A stretch of DNA of 64,000 bases from an uncultured Clostridia bacterium (GCA_947589005.1 CANPZO010000007.1:1125-65124), one strand, 5' to 3'; counted from the first letter of the stretch, positions 26,400 to 36,568 are shown. The notes: a model not told the origin generated them from the sequence alone. Made by a program: numbers and translations.

Positions 26400-28010
26400 G
26401 TGAAATTCAGGGACTTATTTTTATACAGCCCGGAAAGGGACGAAGGGGTCTTTATTTTGGACGAGCCCAGCTACCCGCCCACGGACTATGACCCCCAAAT
26501 GAACGAGGGCGGGCCGGAGCTGACCGGCAGCTACAAAAAGGACAAGGCCGCCTTTGACCGCGAAATGGAAAAGGACCTGAACGGCGACCTTAAGATAAGG
26601 GAGTTCACCACGAGGGTGGCGGGCAGGGACGTAAAATGCGCCGCCTACTTTTTCGACGGACTGGTGGACAAAAGCGGAGTGAACGACTTCATTCTAAGGC
26701 CGCTTATGCTCGGCAGCCGCGCCACGGAGATACGGTCGTATTCGGACATAATGAACGTGCTTTTGGTACAGAGCGAGGTCAAGGAGACCAATACGATAGG
26801 GACGCTGGCCTTCGATATAAATTTCGGCAGTGTAATTCTCCTTATCGAGGGCTACGGCAAGGCGATTTCCGTTGACGCGAAGGGCTGGGAGCACAGGGGC
26901 ATCGAAAGCCCCGAGGTGGAAAAGGTCATTCGCGGCCCAAACGACGCCTTCAGCGAGCAGATAAGGGAAAGCACCGCCCTCATCCGCCATCTGGTGCGTA
27001 ACAAAAGCCTCATCAGCAGGGAGTTTTCGGTTGGCACCATAAGCCAGACGCCGGTCTCTCTCATGTATATAAAAAATGTGGCCGGAGAGCAGCTTGTCCG
27101 TGAGGTGGAGCGGAGGATAAAATCCATTGAGGTGGACTATCTCTTTTCCTCGGCGGAGCTGGAACAGTATCTGGAGGAAAGCTCCCTCATAACCCTGCCT
27201 CAGTTCATGGCCACCGAGCGCCCCGACCGGGCGGCCAGGGCTCTGCTGCTGGGAAGGGTGGTGGTGCTGGTGGACGGGTCGCCCTTCGCCATCGTAATGC
27301 CCACCACGGTCTTTGAGCTTAATGAGTCCGCCGAGGACCACTACCTGCGCACCCCTTACGTAAACATGATAAGGGGGATAAGGTTCATGGCCTTTCTCTG
27401 CTCGCTGCTGCTGCCGGGCATATATGTGGCGGTGGTGAATTTCCACGGCGAGATACTGCCCACGGATATGCTCATATCCATAGTCGCCGCCCGGGACAAG
27501 GTGCCCTTCCCCACGATAGTGGAGATAATAATAATGGAGCTGTCACTGGAGATAATCCGCGAGGCCGGCGCCAGAGTGCCCACGCCCTCGGGCACCACGC
27601 TGAGCATCGTGGGTGCCCTTATTTTGGGCCAGGCGGCGGTCAGCGCGGGCATAGTCAGCCCCATACTGATAATCATAGTTTCGATAGCGGCCATAGGCTC
27701 CTTCGCCACGCCCAACTATTATCTGGGCATATCGGCGAGAATATTGAGGTTTATTTATATATTCCTCGGCGCGGTGGGAGGCTTCCTCGGCATAACCGCC
27801 GGAGCCTTCGTCAACGCCGTCCTCTGGACCTGCACCTACAGCGTCGGCGTGCCCATGTTTGTGCCCGTGGCGCCCATAACCAAGGGCGGCGTGCCCAAGA
27901 CCCTTGTCTATCCCAGAATATGGAAGCAGGACTATCGAGACGATTACGTCAATCCCCGCCGCCGCCGGAAGCAGCAAAGCGCCAGAGGCTGGAAAAAGGA
28001 TGAAAACTGA
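26400..28010 (+). CDS. Spore germination receptor A subunit (GerA family)
   Basis: TERPDRAA..LL.G, VDGSP, PFP, E..REAG.R.P, IVGALILGQAAV.AG. Confidence 0.93.
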   Translation: MKFRDLFLYSPERDEGVFILDEPSYPPTDYDPQMNEGGPELTGSYKKDKAAFDREMEKDLNGDLKIREFTTRVAGRDVKCAAYFFDGLVDKSGVNDFILRPLMLGSRATEIRSYSDIMNVLLVQSEVKETNTIGTLAFDINFGSVILLIEGYGKAISVDAKGWEHRGIESPEVEKVIRGPNDAFSEQIRESTALIRHLVRNKSLISREFSVGTISQTPVSLMYIKNVAGEQLVREVERRIKSIEVDYLFSSAELEQYLEESSLITLPQFMATERPDRAARALLLGRVVVLVDGSPFAIVMPTTVFELNESAEDHYLRTPYVNMIRGIRFMAFLCSLLLPGIYVAVVNFHGEILPTDMLISIVAARDKVPFPTIVEIIIMELSLEIIREAGARVPTPSGTTLSIVGALILGQAAVSAGIVSPILIIIVSIAAIGSFATPNYYLGISARILRFIYIFLGAVGGFLGITAGAFVNAVLWTCTYSVGVPMFVPVAPITKGGVPKTLVYPRIWKQDYRDDYVNPRRRRKQQSARGWKKDEN

Positions 28011-28033
28011 TTTTTTTAAGGAGGCGAGGCCCT

Positions 28034-29134
28034 GTGAACGGCGGTAAGAAGATAGGCCCGGCATCCACGGCCATACTTTTCCTGAATTTGGCCATGGCAA
28101 AGTATCTGATGGTGCTGCCGCACTTTATGGTCAGCGAGGTGGGCAACAGCGCGTGGATAGTGATTTTTTTGAAGGGCCTTGCGGCGATAGGGCTGTTCCT
28201 GTTGATAGCCGCCCTGTATAAGCCCTATGTGGGCATGGGCTTGGGGGAGCTTACCCGCCGGGCGCTGACGTCTCCTTTGGGCGGGGCGCTGAACTTTATA
28301 ATAGTCTGCGTTATGCTGGTAAGGGGCGGTATGCTGTTCCGTATACTGACCGAGGCTTTGCAGACCCTCGAGACCGACACCGTTACCATCGAATATGTGG
28401 GGCTGTTTGTGCTGATACCGGTGCTGATTTGCGCGCTTAAGGGCTTTAACGCCAATGTGAACGCCAGCATACTCATACTGCCCTTCACCGTGCTTTCCGT
28501 GGTGATTATATCGGTGGCGCTGGCGCCGCACTACGAGGTGGGCAATCTGATGCCCATTTTCGGCGAGGGCGAGGGCAAGATACTCGAGACGGCCTTTCTC
28601 CGCTTCGGCGGCACCTTTGAGCTTATGTACCTGATGACCCTGTCACGGAGCATGGGAGATTACAAGACCTTCAAGCGGGGCGGTCTCATAGGCGTGGGGG
28701 CCATATCGCTTTTCTCCTTTATCTTTACCCTGATATACTGTCTGTCGGTGCCTTATCCCGTGTCAAAGAACTTTTTCTTCCCCCTGTATCAGCTCACAAG
28801 AATGATAAAGGCCGGCTCCTTTTTGCAGAGAATGGAGCCCACGGTCATCTTCGTGTGGACGGGAGTAATAATCTGCGGACTGTCCACCCTCGTAATCGCC
28901 GCGGCGGAGCTGCTGAAAAACACGTCCGGCACAAAGGGCGGAGGGGGCTTTGTGCCCCTGCTGGTAATGATAATTTTCCTCGTCGGAGTGCTGCCCCGCT
29001 CCGAGCTGGACACCTACGGGATATACAAGGTCGTCGTGAACATCAGCCACTACTTCTATATCGGCGTGATTTTGGCGGTGCTGCTCACCGCCCGTCTGCG
29101 GAAGGTGGAAAGGGGGCTCGCTTATGAGGCGTAA
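28034..29134 (+). CDS. Spore germination receptor B subunit (GerAB family)
   Basis: Multi-TM; NLMPIF and FLQRME motifs; synteny. Confidence 0.88.
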   Translation: MNGGKKIGPASTAILFLNLAMAKYLMVLPHFMVSEVGNSAWIVIFLKGLAAIGLFLLIAALYKPYVGMGLGELTRRALTSPLGGALNFIIVCVMLVRGGMLFRILTEALQTLETDTVTIEYVGLFVLIPVLICALKGFNANVNASILILPFTVLSVVIISVALAPHYEVGNLMPIFGEGEGKILETAFLRFGGTFELMYLMTLSRSMGDYKTFKRGGLIGVGAISLFSFIFTLIYCLSVPYPVSKNFFFPLYQLTRMIKAGSFLQRMEPTVIFVWTGVIICGLSTLVIAAAELLKNTSGTKGGGGFVPLLVMIIFLVGVLPRSELDTYGIYKVVVNISHYFYIGVILAVLLTARLRKVERGLAYEA

Positions 29135-30350
29135 GCTGCTGGCGGCGCTGCTGGCGGCGTCGGTGCTTTTGAGCGGCTGCAATATGAGCACCGAGGTCAA
29201 CGACAAGGCGTACGTCATAGCGGTGGGAGTGGACAAGGGCTCCAACGGTCTGCTCAAGGTCACCTTCATGTTTGCTTATCCCAGCGGAGGAGGAGATGAG
29301 GCCGGGGGAGAAAAGGTGGACGAAAAGGACATCGTCACCGTTGAGGCCCCAAGCATTTACAGCGGCATGAGACTGCTGGACACCTTCAAAAGCAAGCGCA
29401 TCGACACCAACCACACCAAGCTGGTGGCCTTTTCTCAGGAACTGGCCGAGGACAGGGGAGTGTTCTCCCAACTGACCGACCTGGTGAACACAAGGGGCTT
29501 CAGGCCCAGCATTTATGTCTGCGTCACTCAGGAATCTCCCTCCAAGCTTTTCAACAGCATGGAGCCAAAGCAGGACGTGTTTATCGAAAAGTTCATCGAG
29601 CACCTGTTTTCCAAGGTGGCCTACAACGCCACCAGCCGCGCCTACCTCTACAACAACTATTTCAGCGCGGTGGTGGAGGACGGCAGCTATATAATGCCGC
29701 TTGTGGGCGTCACCGACAAGGAGAAGGTCAAGGAGGCCGCGGAGGATTATCCCTATAAGAAGCCCGACGATTTTGCCCTTAATTACACCGCCGACGAGGT
29801 GCCGCTCCACGGAGACGGCTCGGCCGCCCTCTGCGGCTACGGAGTTTTTGTGGACAACAAGATGGTTGGCACCCTCGGCATGATGGAGGGCACCATAGTG
29901 AAAATTCTGGAAAAAAATAAAAATGTGGGCCAGTTCTGTGTCCTTTATCCCGACCGCGACAGTTATGCCAACGTAAATTTGCAGCTCACCAACGCCCCTA
30001 TCGTTACTGTTAAGACCGGCGACGCGCCGGAAATCGACATCCGCATCCAGCTCTGGGGCGAATTTACGGGCATAGGACGGACCTTCCGAAACTCCGAGGA
30101 CTACGAAAGCTTTGTCGGCTACATGAGCTCGGCCTTTGAAAGAAAGACGGAGGAGCTTTTGGAGCGCACCCGCGCGGAGTTCGGTGCCGATATTCTCGGA
30201 TTTGGCGACAAGGCCAAGGCTAACTTCCTCCGCTATCGGGAGTGGAAGGACTATAACTGGAAGGAAAAATATAAGGACGCGCGGTTCAGCGTCCATGTTG
30301 AGATAGATATGAACGACTACGGAGAGCTGCGCTTTTCGCAGAGAAAGTAG
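29124..30350 (+). CDS. Spore germination receptor C subunit (lipoprotein)
   Basis: LLSGC lipobox, YVIAVGVD, DILGFG. Confidence 0.9.
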   Translation: MRRKLLAALLAASVLLSGCNMSTEVNDKAYVIAVGVDKGSNGLLKVTFMFAYPSGGGDEAGGEKVDEKDIVTVEAPSIYSGMRLLDTFKSKRIDTNHTKLVAFSQELAEDRGVFSQLTDLVNTRGFRPSIYVCVTQESPSKLFNSMEPKQDVFIEKFIEHLFSKVAYNATSRAYLYNNYFSAVVEDGSYIMPLVGVTDKEKVKEAAEDYPYKKPDDFALNYTADEVPLHGDGSAALCGYGVFVDNKMVGTLGMMEGTIVKILEKNKNVGQFCVLYPDRDSYANVNLQLTNAPIVTVKTGDAPEIDIRIQLWGEFTGIGRTFRNSEDYESFVGYMSSAFERKTEELLERTRAEFGADILGFGDKAKANFLRYREWKDYNWKEKYKDARFSVHVEIDMNDYGELRFSQRK

Positions 30351-30378
30351 CGCGGCGTCATGAAAGGGGGCGGCGGCC

Positions 30379-30561
30379 ATAAATCTGCTGGAATACGTTA
30401 CGGTCATAATTTACGCTCTTGCGGCGGTGCGGAGCTTCTCCTTCGGGGTGTACAATCTCCGTCACGGGCGGAGCGGAGCCTTCGCCCTGACATTGCTGCT
30501 GCTGGCGGCCAGCGCCGTGCTGATGTGGCGGTACGTCATGATAAGCCTGCTGGGGAATTAG
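30379..30561 (+). CDS. Small 2-TM protein, putative germinant receptor D subunit (non-ATG start)
   Basis: GAAAGGGGG RBS 8 nt before ATA; 60 aa with two hydrophobic stretches, directly after the C subunit. Confidence 0.5.
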   Translation: MNLLEYVTVIIYALAAVRSFSFGVYNLRHGRSGAFALTLLLLAASAVLMWRYVMISLLGN

Positions 30562-30616
30562 CGTATATATATAACAAAAAATGTTCACCTCTCATATTAT
30601 AATGAGAGGTGATTTT

Positions 30617-31246
30617 ATGAGCAAATGCAACAACTGCCCCGCCGGGCAGACGCCCTACATTATAAGAAAGGGCGACACAATTTGGGCCCTGTCCCAGACC
30701 TACGCCACCACGGTTCAGGATATACTTAATGTCAATCCCGGCCTTGACCCCGAAAACTTACAGATAGGACAGAGAATATGCCTGCCCTTTGTACCCGTGA
30801 ACTATCCCGCCTGTCCCACGGGCAACTATTATGTGGTGGGCAAGGGCCAGACGTTCCTTAAGATAGCCGCCTATTTCGGAGTGAGCTATGATTTGCTCTA
30901 CAAAAATAACATGGGCATCGACCCCGACGTTCTCTTTGAGGGGCAGGTTCTCTGCATACCCGTGGCCCCCTCGCCGGTGAGGATTCGCATCAGGGACGGC
31001 GTGCTGACCGTTACCCACAAAAACGGAGCCGTTACCAGCTGCGCGGTCAAAGGCAGCTTTACCGGCAGCGCCTGCGTCATCAACAAGCAGCTGGACATCG
31101 GCACGAGCGGCGCGCGCATACTTGACCTTTCAGACGGCGGCGCCATTTCCGGAGAGGCCAGCAGGTACGGCGGCATAGTCGTGGGCAATGAGGATATGGA
31201 TAAGCTGTTCAATCTGGTGCCCGTAGGTACGGAGGTCACCGGGTAA
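30617..31246 (+). CDS. LysM x2 protein with degenerate YkuD (L,D-transpeptidase-like) C-terminus
   Basis: Two LysM repeats; N.DM.KLF.LVPVGT.V. sigmaK/E-like AC-N17-CATATTATA upstream. Confidence 0.8.
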   Translation: MSKCNNCPAGQTPYIIRKGDTIWALSQTYATTVQDILNVNPGLDPENLQIGQRICLPFVPVNYPACPTGNYYVVGKGQTFLKIAAYFGVSYDLLYKNNMGIDPDVLFEGQVLCIPVAPSPVRIRIRDGVLTVTHKNGAVTSCAVKGSFTGSACVINKQLDIGTSGARILDLSDGGAISGEASRYGGIVVGNEDMDKLFNLVPVGTEVTG

Positions 31247-31264
31247 CAGGGGACGCCGCTCCCG

Positions 31265-32620
31265 TCAGCGGCGCGTGACCCAGACCTTCCCGCCGGAGAC
31301 GCCGTGTATCTCGCCGCCCAGGGCGGCTATTTCCGCGAGTGACCGGGCCGACGCCTCCGATATTATTTCGCCGGGGATGAGCTGGGCCGTTCCCGGCGGA
31401 TAGACAACCGCCTCACGGGCGCATATGCGTCCGGCGGCCTCGGACAGCGGCGCCTCCTCCGCCGGTGACATGAAGGCATCCCGTGGGGTCATCGCGGCCT
31501 CGCTTTCGGCAGGGACGAGTATCGCGGCCCTCCTTTCCGGCAGGGCGGCGTCCACCGCCGCAACTGCCTTTTTCAGCTTGACAAGTTCGTCGCGCCGGTG
31601 GAAGGGGCCGGCTATGCACACCACTCCGCCGCCGTAACTGCACTCCACGGAGATGCCGTGCTCCAGCCGCAGCATTTCCGCCCCCATGAAGGGGTCACCC
31701 CTCAAGGGCAGCACGAGGCGGCAGGGGTCCTTGTATTTTACGTGCCTGCCGGGAACGTCCGACTGCTCGGGGAAAATTTCGGCAATGCCACGGACGGCTT
31801 CGGTCCAAAGCGCCTCTCCCTTTTCCTCCATCATTGCCCGCGCCCAGTCCAGCGAGGCCATGAGTATGTAGCTGGGGGAGGAGGTCTGGTGGAGGCGGAG
31901 CGTGTAGTCCAACCTCGGGAAGCTGCCGTTTATGTGCAGATAGGCCGACTGGGTCAGGGCGGGCAGGGTCTTGTGGGCGCTGACCACCGTTATGTCCGCC
32001 CCCAGTCTCACCGCCGGCGGCGGCAGCAGGGGCGACAGGCCGTAGTGGGCCCCGTGGGCCCCGTCGATGAGCAGAGGCACGCCGTGGCCGTGGGCGATTT
32101 CGGCTATTTTTTCCACGTCGGAGGACAGGCCGAAGTAGTTGGGCGATGTTATGTAAACCGCCGCCGCGTCGGGGTTTTCGTCGAGGGCGCGGCGCACGTC
32201 CTCCGGATCGACGCCGCCCCACATCGCGCCGCCCTCCAAGGGCTCGGGCCTTACCCAGACGGGCACGGCCCCGCTTTGGAGCAGGGCGGAGATAAAGCTG
32301 CGGTGGCAGAAGCGGTCGCAGACTATCTTCTGTCCCTCTCTCACGGCCGCCGTTACCATGGCCAGTATGCCCCCCGAGGAGCCGTTCACCAGGAAGCGTG
32401 TTTCACCCGCGCCGAAGAACTCCGCCGCCGCTTTCTGCGCCTGAGCTATGGGGCCGCTGGGGAGGAAGAGGTTGTCGCTTTCGGGAAGCTCGGTTGTGTC
32501 GATTTTAGTCAAATCTCCGAGGCCGGACAGGGCCCGCCCGTCCAGGTGGCCGGGCATATGAAAGCCGAGCCGGTTTTTCGCGCCAAGCTCCATAAGAGCG
32601 TTATAAAGGGGAGCGTACAT
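31265..32620 (-). CDS. Orn/Lys/Arg decarboxylase (YaaO-like, PLP-dependent)
   Basis: FHMPGH, LVNGSS.G, DGAHGAH, SAHKTLPALTQ, TSSPSY. Confidence 0.92.
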   Translation of the reverse strand: MYAPLYNALMELGAKNRLGFHMPGHLDGRALSGLGDLTKIDTTELPESDNLFLPSGPIAQAQKAAAEFFGAGETRFLVNGSSGGILAMVTAAVREGQKIVCDRFCHRSFISALLQSGAVPVWVRPEPLEGGAMWGGVDPEDVRRALDENPDAAAVYITSPNYFGLSSDVEKIAEIAHGHGVPLLIDGAHGAHYGLSPLLPPPAVRLGADITVVSAHKTLPALTQSAYLHINGSFPRLDYTLRLHQTSSPSYILMASLDWARAMMEEKGEALWTEAVRGIAEIFPEQSDVPGRHVKYKDPCRLVLPLRGDPFMGAEMLRLEHGISVECSYGGGVVCIAGPFHRRDELVKLKKAVAAVDAALPERRAAILVPAESEAAMTPRDAFMSPAEEAPLSEAAGRICAREAVVYPPGTAQLIPGEIISEASARSLAEIAALGGEIHGVSGGKVWVTRR

Positions 32621-32648
32621 ATTTTTTCCTCCAAATTAAAAAATGTTA

Positions 32649-32677
32649 TTGACATTTTCTGAAATAAGGGTTAAAAT
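32649..32677 (+). promoter_or_regulatory. sigmaA promoter
   Basis: TTGACA-N17-TAAAAT. Confidence 0.75.
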
Positions 32678-32725
32678 ATAAGTGTAAGGTACAAAATAGA
32701 AATATAAATTATTGGAGGTGTCATC

Positions 32726-32893
32726 ATGAAAAAGAAGAACAACGGCGCCGAGAGACTGGCGCAGCGTATGAATGACCGTGCTTACGCCGAGGCGTATGAC
32801 GTCCCGGAGGAGCAGGTATTGCTTGACGAGGACTACATTCAGGATGACGAGGATTTTGACAGGAACAAGGACGATGAAATAAAGGGGCGGTAG
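32726..32893 (+). CDS. 55-aa acidic small protein (not in ORF track)
   Basis: GGAGGTG RBS and own promoter; MKKKNNGAERLAQRMNDRAYAEAYDVPEEQVLLDEDYIQDDEDFDRNKDDEIKGR. Confidence 0.7.
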   Translation: MKKKNNGAERLAQRMNDRAYAEAYDVPEEQVLLDEDYIQDDEDFDRNKDDEIKGR

Positions 32894-32970
32894 AGCGCCC
32901 GCAAAAATGCCGCGTCCGTTGGAGGGGGCGGAACCTTTTTCGGGCGCTTATGAAAAGCGATGAATTGATT

Positions 32971-32998
32971 AAAATCCCGGGTACGCGCCCGGGATTTT
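32971..32998. terminator. Bidirectional terminator
   Basis: AAAATCCCGGG-TACGCG-CCCGGGATTTT. Confidence 0.75.
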
Positions 32999-33040
32999 AT
33001 GTTTTTTATCGGACTTTAAGCCCGTGGCCGAGGACGCACC

Positions 33041-34126
33041 TCATTCTCCGCCCATCCTGCGCGCCCACTCGGGGCCGCCGGCGTCGCAGCCCCGCTGAGA
33101 ATAGGCGCTTAGCTCGCCGTACTTGCCGAGCACACGTATCACGCTGTCGAAGAAGCGGCGGTTTATGCTGTAATATACGGCCTTGCCGCGGCTGCGGGTC
33201 TTGAGCATATTTGCCTTTATCATCAGGGAAAGGTGATAGTAGGCGTTGGTGCCGGAGAACTTGAGCTCCTGCTCCACGTCCTTGATGGACACCTCGCCTC
33301 GGGTCAGTATCAGATTGAGGATATCTATACGGTTCTTTTCGGCGATGGCCGTGCCGAACACGTCGAGCCGCGGCACTTCGGTCCGGCCGCGCAGGGACGC
33401 GAGCTGGTCGGCGTAGTCCTGACCCAGCAGCAAAAGCGCGTCGCCGCCGCCGATGTCCGAGGCGCGTATGCAGTTTTTGGCGTATACGCAGAATGAAACG
33501 TAGATTTTTTCCCGACGGGACAAATCAAAGGGCCAGCCGGAGAGACTCATGTCACGGTTGAACGGCTCGGGCTCAAAGGAGCTTTTCAACTCCTCGGGCG
33601 TTTTGAGCGTATAGTAAGCGGGGTCCAGCCGAGCCTTGGCGTTTAATTCGCCAATCAGCGTGTCCAGCACCTTTTGAGGGTCTATAAGCAGGGAGTAAAG
33701 GGCGGACCTGAGCCGGTGGTCGCAGCCCGAGGCGCGGATGGCGGCGTTGATTTTTTTCATGCCGTCCGTGGTGGTCGGAGCGTCCTGCGGGCAGTTCAGC
33801 CAAAAATCCGTCGCCGCGCGGGCCATTGTGTCCACGCCGGCAAAAGCGTCTTCCGGCCGGAACTCCTCCAGCACTTCCGGCCCGCTTTTAAAGAGGGAGC
33901 CGGTGATAAGGCTTTTGCCGTCGTCGTTCAGGCGGAAAAAGGGCAGCAGCTCCTCCGGCACGGGGGCGACCGCCTCCCACAGACGCTCCATGAACTCCGT
34001 GTCCTCACGGGCCTTTTCGGGATTGGTAAAATTGGCCAGACAGTGCTCCTTGTTGAAATAAAGCACAAAAAGGAAAAACAAATCGTACCTCCGCCCCGGA
34101 GCGTTTATGAACTCTATCCTTGCCAA
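33041..34126 (-). CDS. Transcriptional regulator with C-terminal ArsR-type winged HTH
   Basis: RIDILNLI...YYHLSLM......RSRGKAVYYS. Confidence 0.75.
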   Translation of the reverse strand: MARIEFINAPGRRYDLFFLFVLYFNKEHCLANFTNPEKAREDTEFMERLWEAVAPVPEELLPFFRLNDDGKSLITGSLFKSGPEVLEEFRPEDAFAGVDTMARAATDFWLNCPQDAPTTTDGMKKINAAIRASGCDHRLRSALYSLLIDPQKVLDTLIGELNAKARLDPAYYTLKTPEELKSSFEPEPFNRDMSLSGWPFDLSRREKIYVSFCVYAKNCIRASDIGGGDALLLLGQDYADQLASLRGRTEVPRLDVFGTAIAEKNRIDILNLILTRGEVSIKDVEQELKFSGTNAYYHLSLMIKANMLKTRSRGKAVYYSINRRFFDSVIRVLGKYGELSAYSQRGCDAGGPEWARRMGGE

Positions 34127-34138
34127 CGCAAAGCCCCC

Positions 34139-35578
34139 TTACTTTATTTTTGAGAGAAGCAGCTCTTTTATTTTTTTGTCTTTTTCGCAGAAATTTTTGG
34201 CCTTGGGCGACAGCAGGGTCACGCCGTTTTCAAGGGGAATGAGCTTAAGTCCCAGACTTGAAACGGGCGTGTCCGCGTCTTTGCCCAGCAGCGCCTTCGC
34301 CGCCGCGGAGGGGAGGTACAGCTCGCCGTCCCTTTCGAATGGAGCCGGTAAGGTTTGTAGCCCGCCCGCGCAGCAGTAATAGCTTTCACAGCCCGCCTTG
34401 ACCGCCCATTTGCCCCACATATGGCGGCGGAGCGAAGCCTCGTTGGCGGGGGTGCCGCCCACGTAACGGGCCGCCTCGCACATGGCCAGCAGAAAGGCTC
34501 CCACGCCGAAGTTGACGGTGCAGTCGTAAGGCGTGGCCTGAGTTGCGTTAGAGCCTATGGGCTGGACGTGGCCCACCTTGCCGTCGGGGTGAAGGGCAAT
34601 ACCGGACAGGTAGCTCAAGGCCCTTTCCGCCGCGGGGAGATAGGTCGCCTCGTCGAGAAGGCCGTAGTTTATGCCCCAGAACAGGCCGTAGGTCAAAAAT
34701 CCGGTGCCGCTGGTCTCGTAGCCCTGGGGATTTTCCTCGCTGAGGGGATAGTCCGCCAGCATGGACTGGGTCCAAAAGCCGTTGCCCTCGGGGTCGGTTT
34801 TTTGACAGGCGATTATGGCCGGGGCCATTTCCATATATGTGCGCTTAAAGTAGCCGTAGTGCTCGTAGTCTTCGGGCATTTCGGCCAGTACCTTCGCCAG
34901 TCCCGCAAATACCCAGCCGTTCCCCCTGGCCCAGAAATTCTTGAACCCGTTTATCTCGCTGCCGACATAGCTGCCGTCCCGGTAGAACAGATGGCTGAAT
35001 TCTCCGCCCACCGGCTCGGGCATACCGTCCTCGCCGTCGTACATCAGTTCCTTGGCAAATTTGAAAAAGCGGTACAGGGCGTCCAGATATTTTTTATCTC
35101 CGAAGGTGCGGTAAAGCTTAATATATACCGGCATAACCATGTACAAGGCGTCCGCCCACCACCAGTAGCCGTTTTCGCCCGTGGAAAGCTGATAGTCGCA
35201 GACGTATTTGGCCCTTTCGATTTTTTCGGGGCGGGGGTCAAGGGCGTACAGGTCCAGATAAGTCTGGAAGCAGGTCTGCCAGTCTCCGAAAAGTACGGCC
35301 TTGGAATTCGGATCCTGACTGTATTTGAAGGTCCACTCCTCCGGCGGGGCCTGGGTGGGATGGCCCCACCAGCCGTTATTTTCGGCCCAAGCCTCGGAAT
35401 ACCTCCGGTAAGCCTCGTCCTCAAGCGTAAAATACGCCTCCATGTTTCCGGTGTGATAGGCCGCCGTATCCCAGAAGGGCACGGGAACCCCGTTGGTCTC
35501 CTGAGCCGGGCCCACGTTCCTTTGCCAGCAGCCGTTGGCGCGGCGTATATTTTCAACGATTTCGTCATATTTCAGCAT
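34139..35578 (-). CDS. Glycoside hydrolase family 88/105 (unsaturated uronyl hydrolase)
   Basis: WWWADALYM, FWARGNGWV, ETSGT, GVGAFLLA. Confidence 0.9.
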   Translation of the reverse strand: MLKYDEIVENIRRANGCWQRNVGPAQETNGVPVPFWDTAAYHTGNMEAYFTLEDEAYRRYSEAWAENNGWWGHPTQAPPEEWTFKYSQDPNSKAVLFGDWQTCFQTYLDLYALDPRPEKIERAKYVCDYQLSTGENGYWWWADALYMVMPVYIKLYRTFGDKKYLDALYRFFKFAKELMYDGEDGMPEPVGGEFSHLFYRDGSYVGSEINGFKNFWARGNGWVFAGLAKVLAEMPEDYEHYGYFKRTYMEMAPAIIACQKTDPEGNGFWTQSMLADYPLSEENPQGYETSGTGFLTYGLFWGINYGLLDEATYLPAAERALSYLSGIALHPDGKVGHVQPIGSNATQATPYDCTVNFGVGAFLLAMCEAARYVGGTPANEASLRRHMWGKWAVKAGCESYYCCAGGLQTLPAPFERDGELYLPSAAAKALLGKDADTPVSSLGLKLIPLENGVTLLSPKAKNFCEKDKKIKELLLSKIK

Positions 35579-35731
35579 CAAATCGCTCCCTTCCCACAAT
35601 ATTCTAAATTTATTATATCAATATCACTCAACGATTGTCAAGACGTAAGGAAAAATAATTTGCGAGACTGTTGATTTTTACGGCAAAATGTGTTAAAATA
35701 CAATAAGAAATTGTGGAAAAGGGGCAATATT

Positions 35732-35837
35732 ATGGAGCGGAAGGAATTGCGCGCCCTGCGCCAGGGGCGTTAGCGTGGTCAACATCGACAGCGGCTGCGG
35801 CGCGGGCTATCCGGCTAACATGATAAACCGTATATGA
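35732..35837 (+). pseudogene. larB: larB remnant: N- and C-termini joined by an internal deletion
   Basis: MERKELRAL, then out of frame GVSVVNIDSGCGAGYPANMINRI*, matching the LarB C-terminal VVNIDNGFGA motif; larC lies nearby. Confidence 0.7.
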
Positions 35838-36568
35838 CAATGAAAAGATATTATATTTTAGACGACATCAGGGGCCTTGCCGTAATAAGCATGGTCCTTT
35901 ATCACCTGACATGGGACATTGTCTATCTGGCGGGGGTAAAACTGAGCTGGTATGAGGCGCTCCCCGGACGGCTTTGGCAGCGGAGCATCTGCCTTACCTT
36001 TATCCTGCTTTCGGGCTTTTGCTGGTCCCTGGGACGGCGCCATGGATTAAGGGGGCTGACGGTGTTTCTGGGCGGCCTGGCGGTTACGGCTGCGACCGCC
36101 TCGTTTATGCCGGAAAACGTGATAGTTTTCGGCATACTGACCCTGCTGGGCAGCTGTATGCTGCTTATGATACCGCTTGAAAAGCTTGCGCGCCGGGTGC
36201 CGGCGCCGGCGGGACTTGTGGTGAGCGCGGCGCTTTTCGCCCTTTTGAGCGAGGCCGAAAACGGAACGGCGGCGTTCGGGCTTGTCAGGCTGCCCGCCGC
36301 GCTGTACAGGGACTGGTTCACGGCCTACCTGGGCTTCCCGCAGGAGGGGTTTTTCAGTGCGGATTATTACCCGCTTATCCCGTGGATTTTCCTTTTCACG
36401 GCGGGTTATTTTCTGTATAGAATATTTGAGCGGCACGGCTGGCTGCGCCCGCTGGAGCGTCGGGGACTCCCTCCGCTGGAATGGACGGGCCGCCATGCCT
36501 TTGAGATATATCTGATACACCAACCTGTTTTAGCTCTATTTTTTTACATTGGAGGTTATTTAAAATGA
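35834..36568 (+). CDS. DUF1624 / HGSNAT-like membrane protein
   Basis: LDDIRGLAV..M..YH, FGIL, DYYPLIPW, GRH.F.IYLIHQP. Confidence 0.85.
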   Translation: MTMKRYYILDDIRGLAVISMVLYHLTWDIVYLAGVKLSWYEALPGRLWQRSICLTFILLSGFCWSLGRRHGLRGLTVFLGGLAVTAATASFMPENVIVFGILTLLGSCMLLMIPLEKLARRVPAPAGLVVSAALFALLSEAENGTAAFGLVRLPAALYRDWFTAYLGFPQEGFFSADYYPLIPWIFLFTAGYFLYRIFERHGWLRPLERRGLPPLEWTGRHAFEIYLIHQPVLALFFYIGGYLK

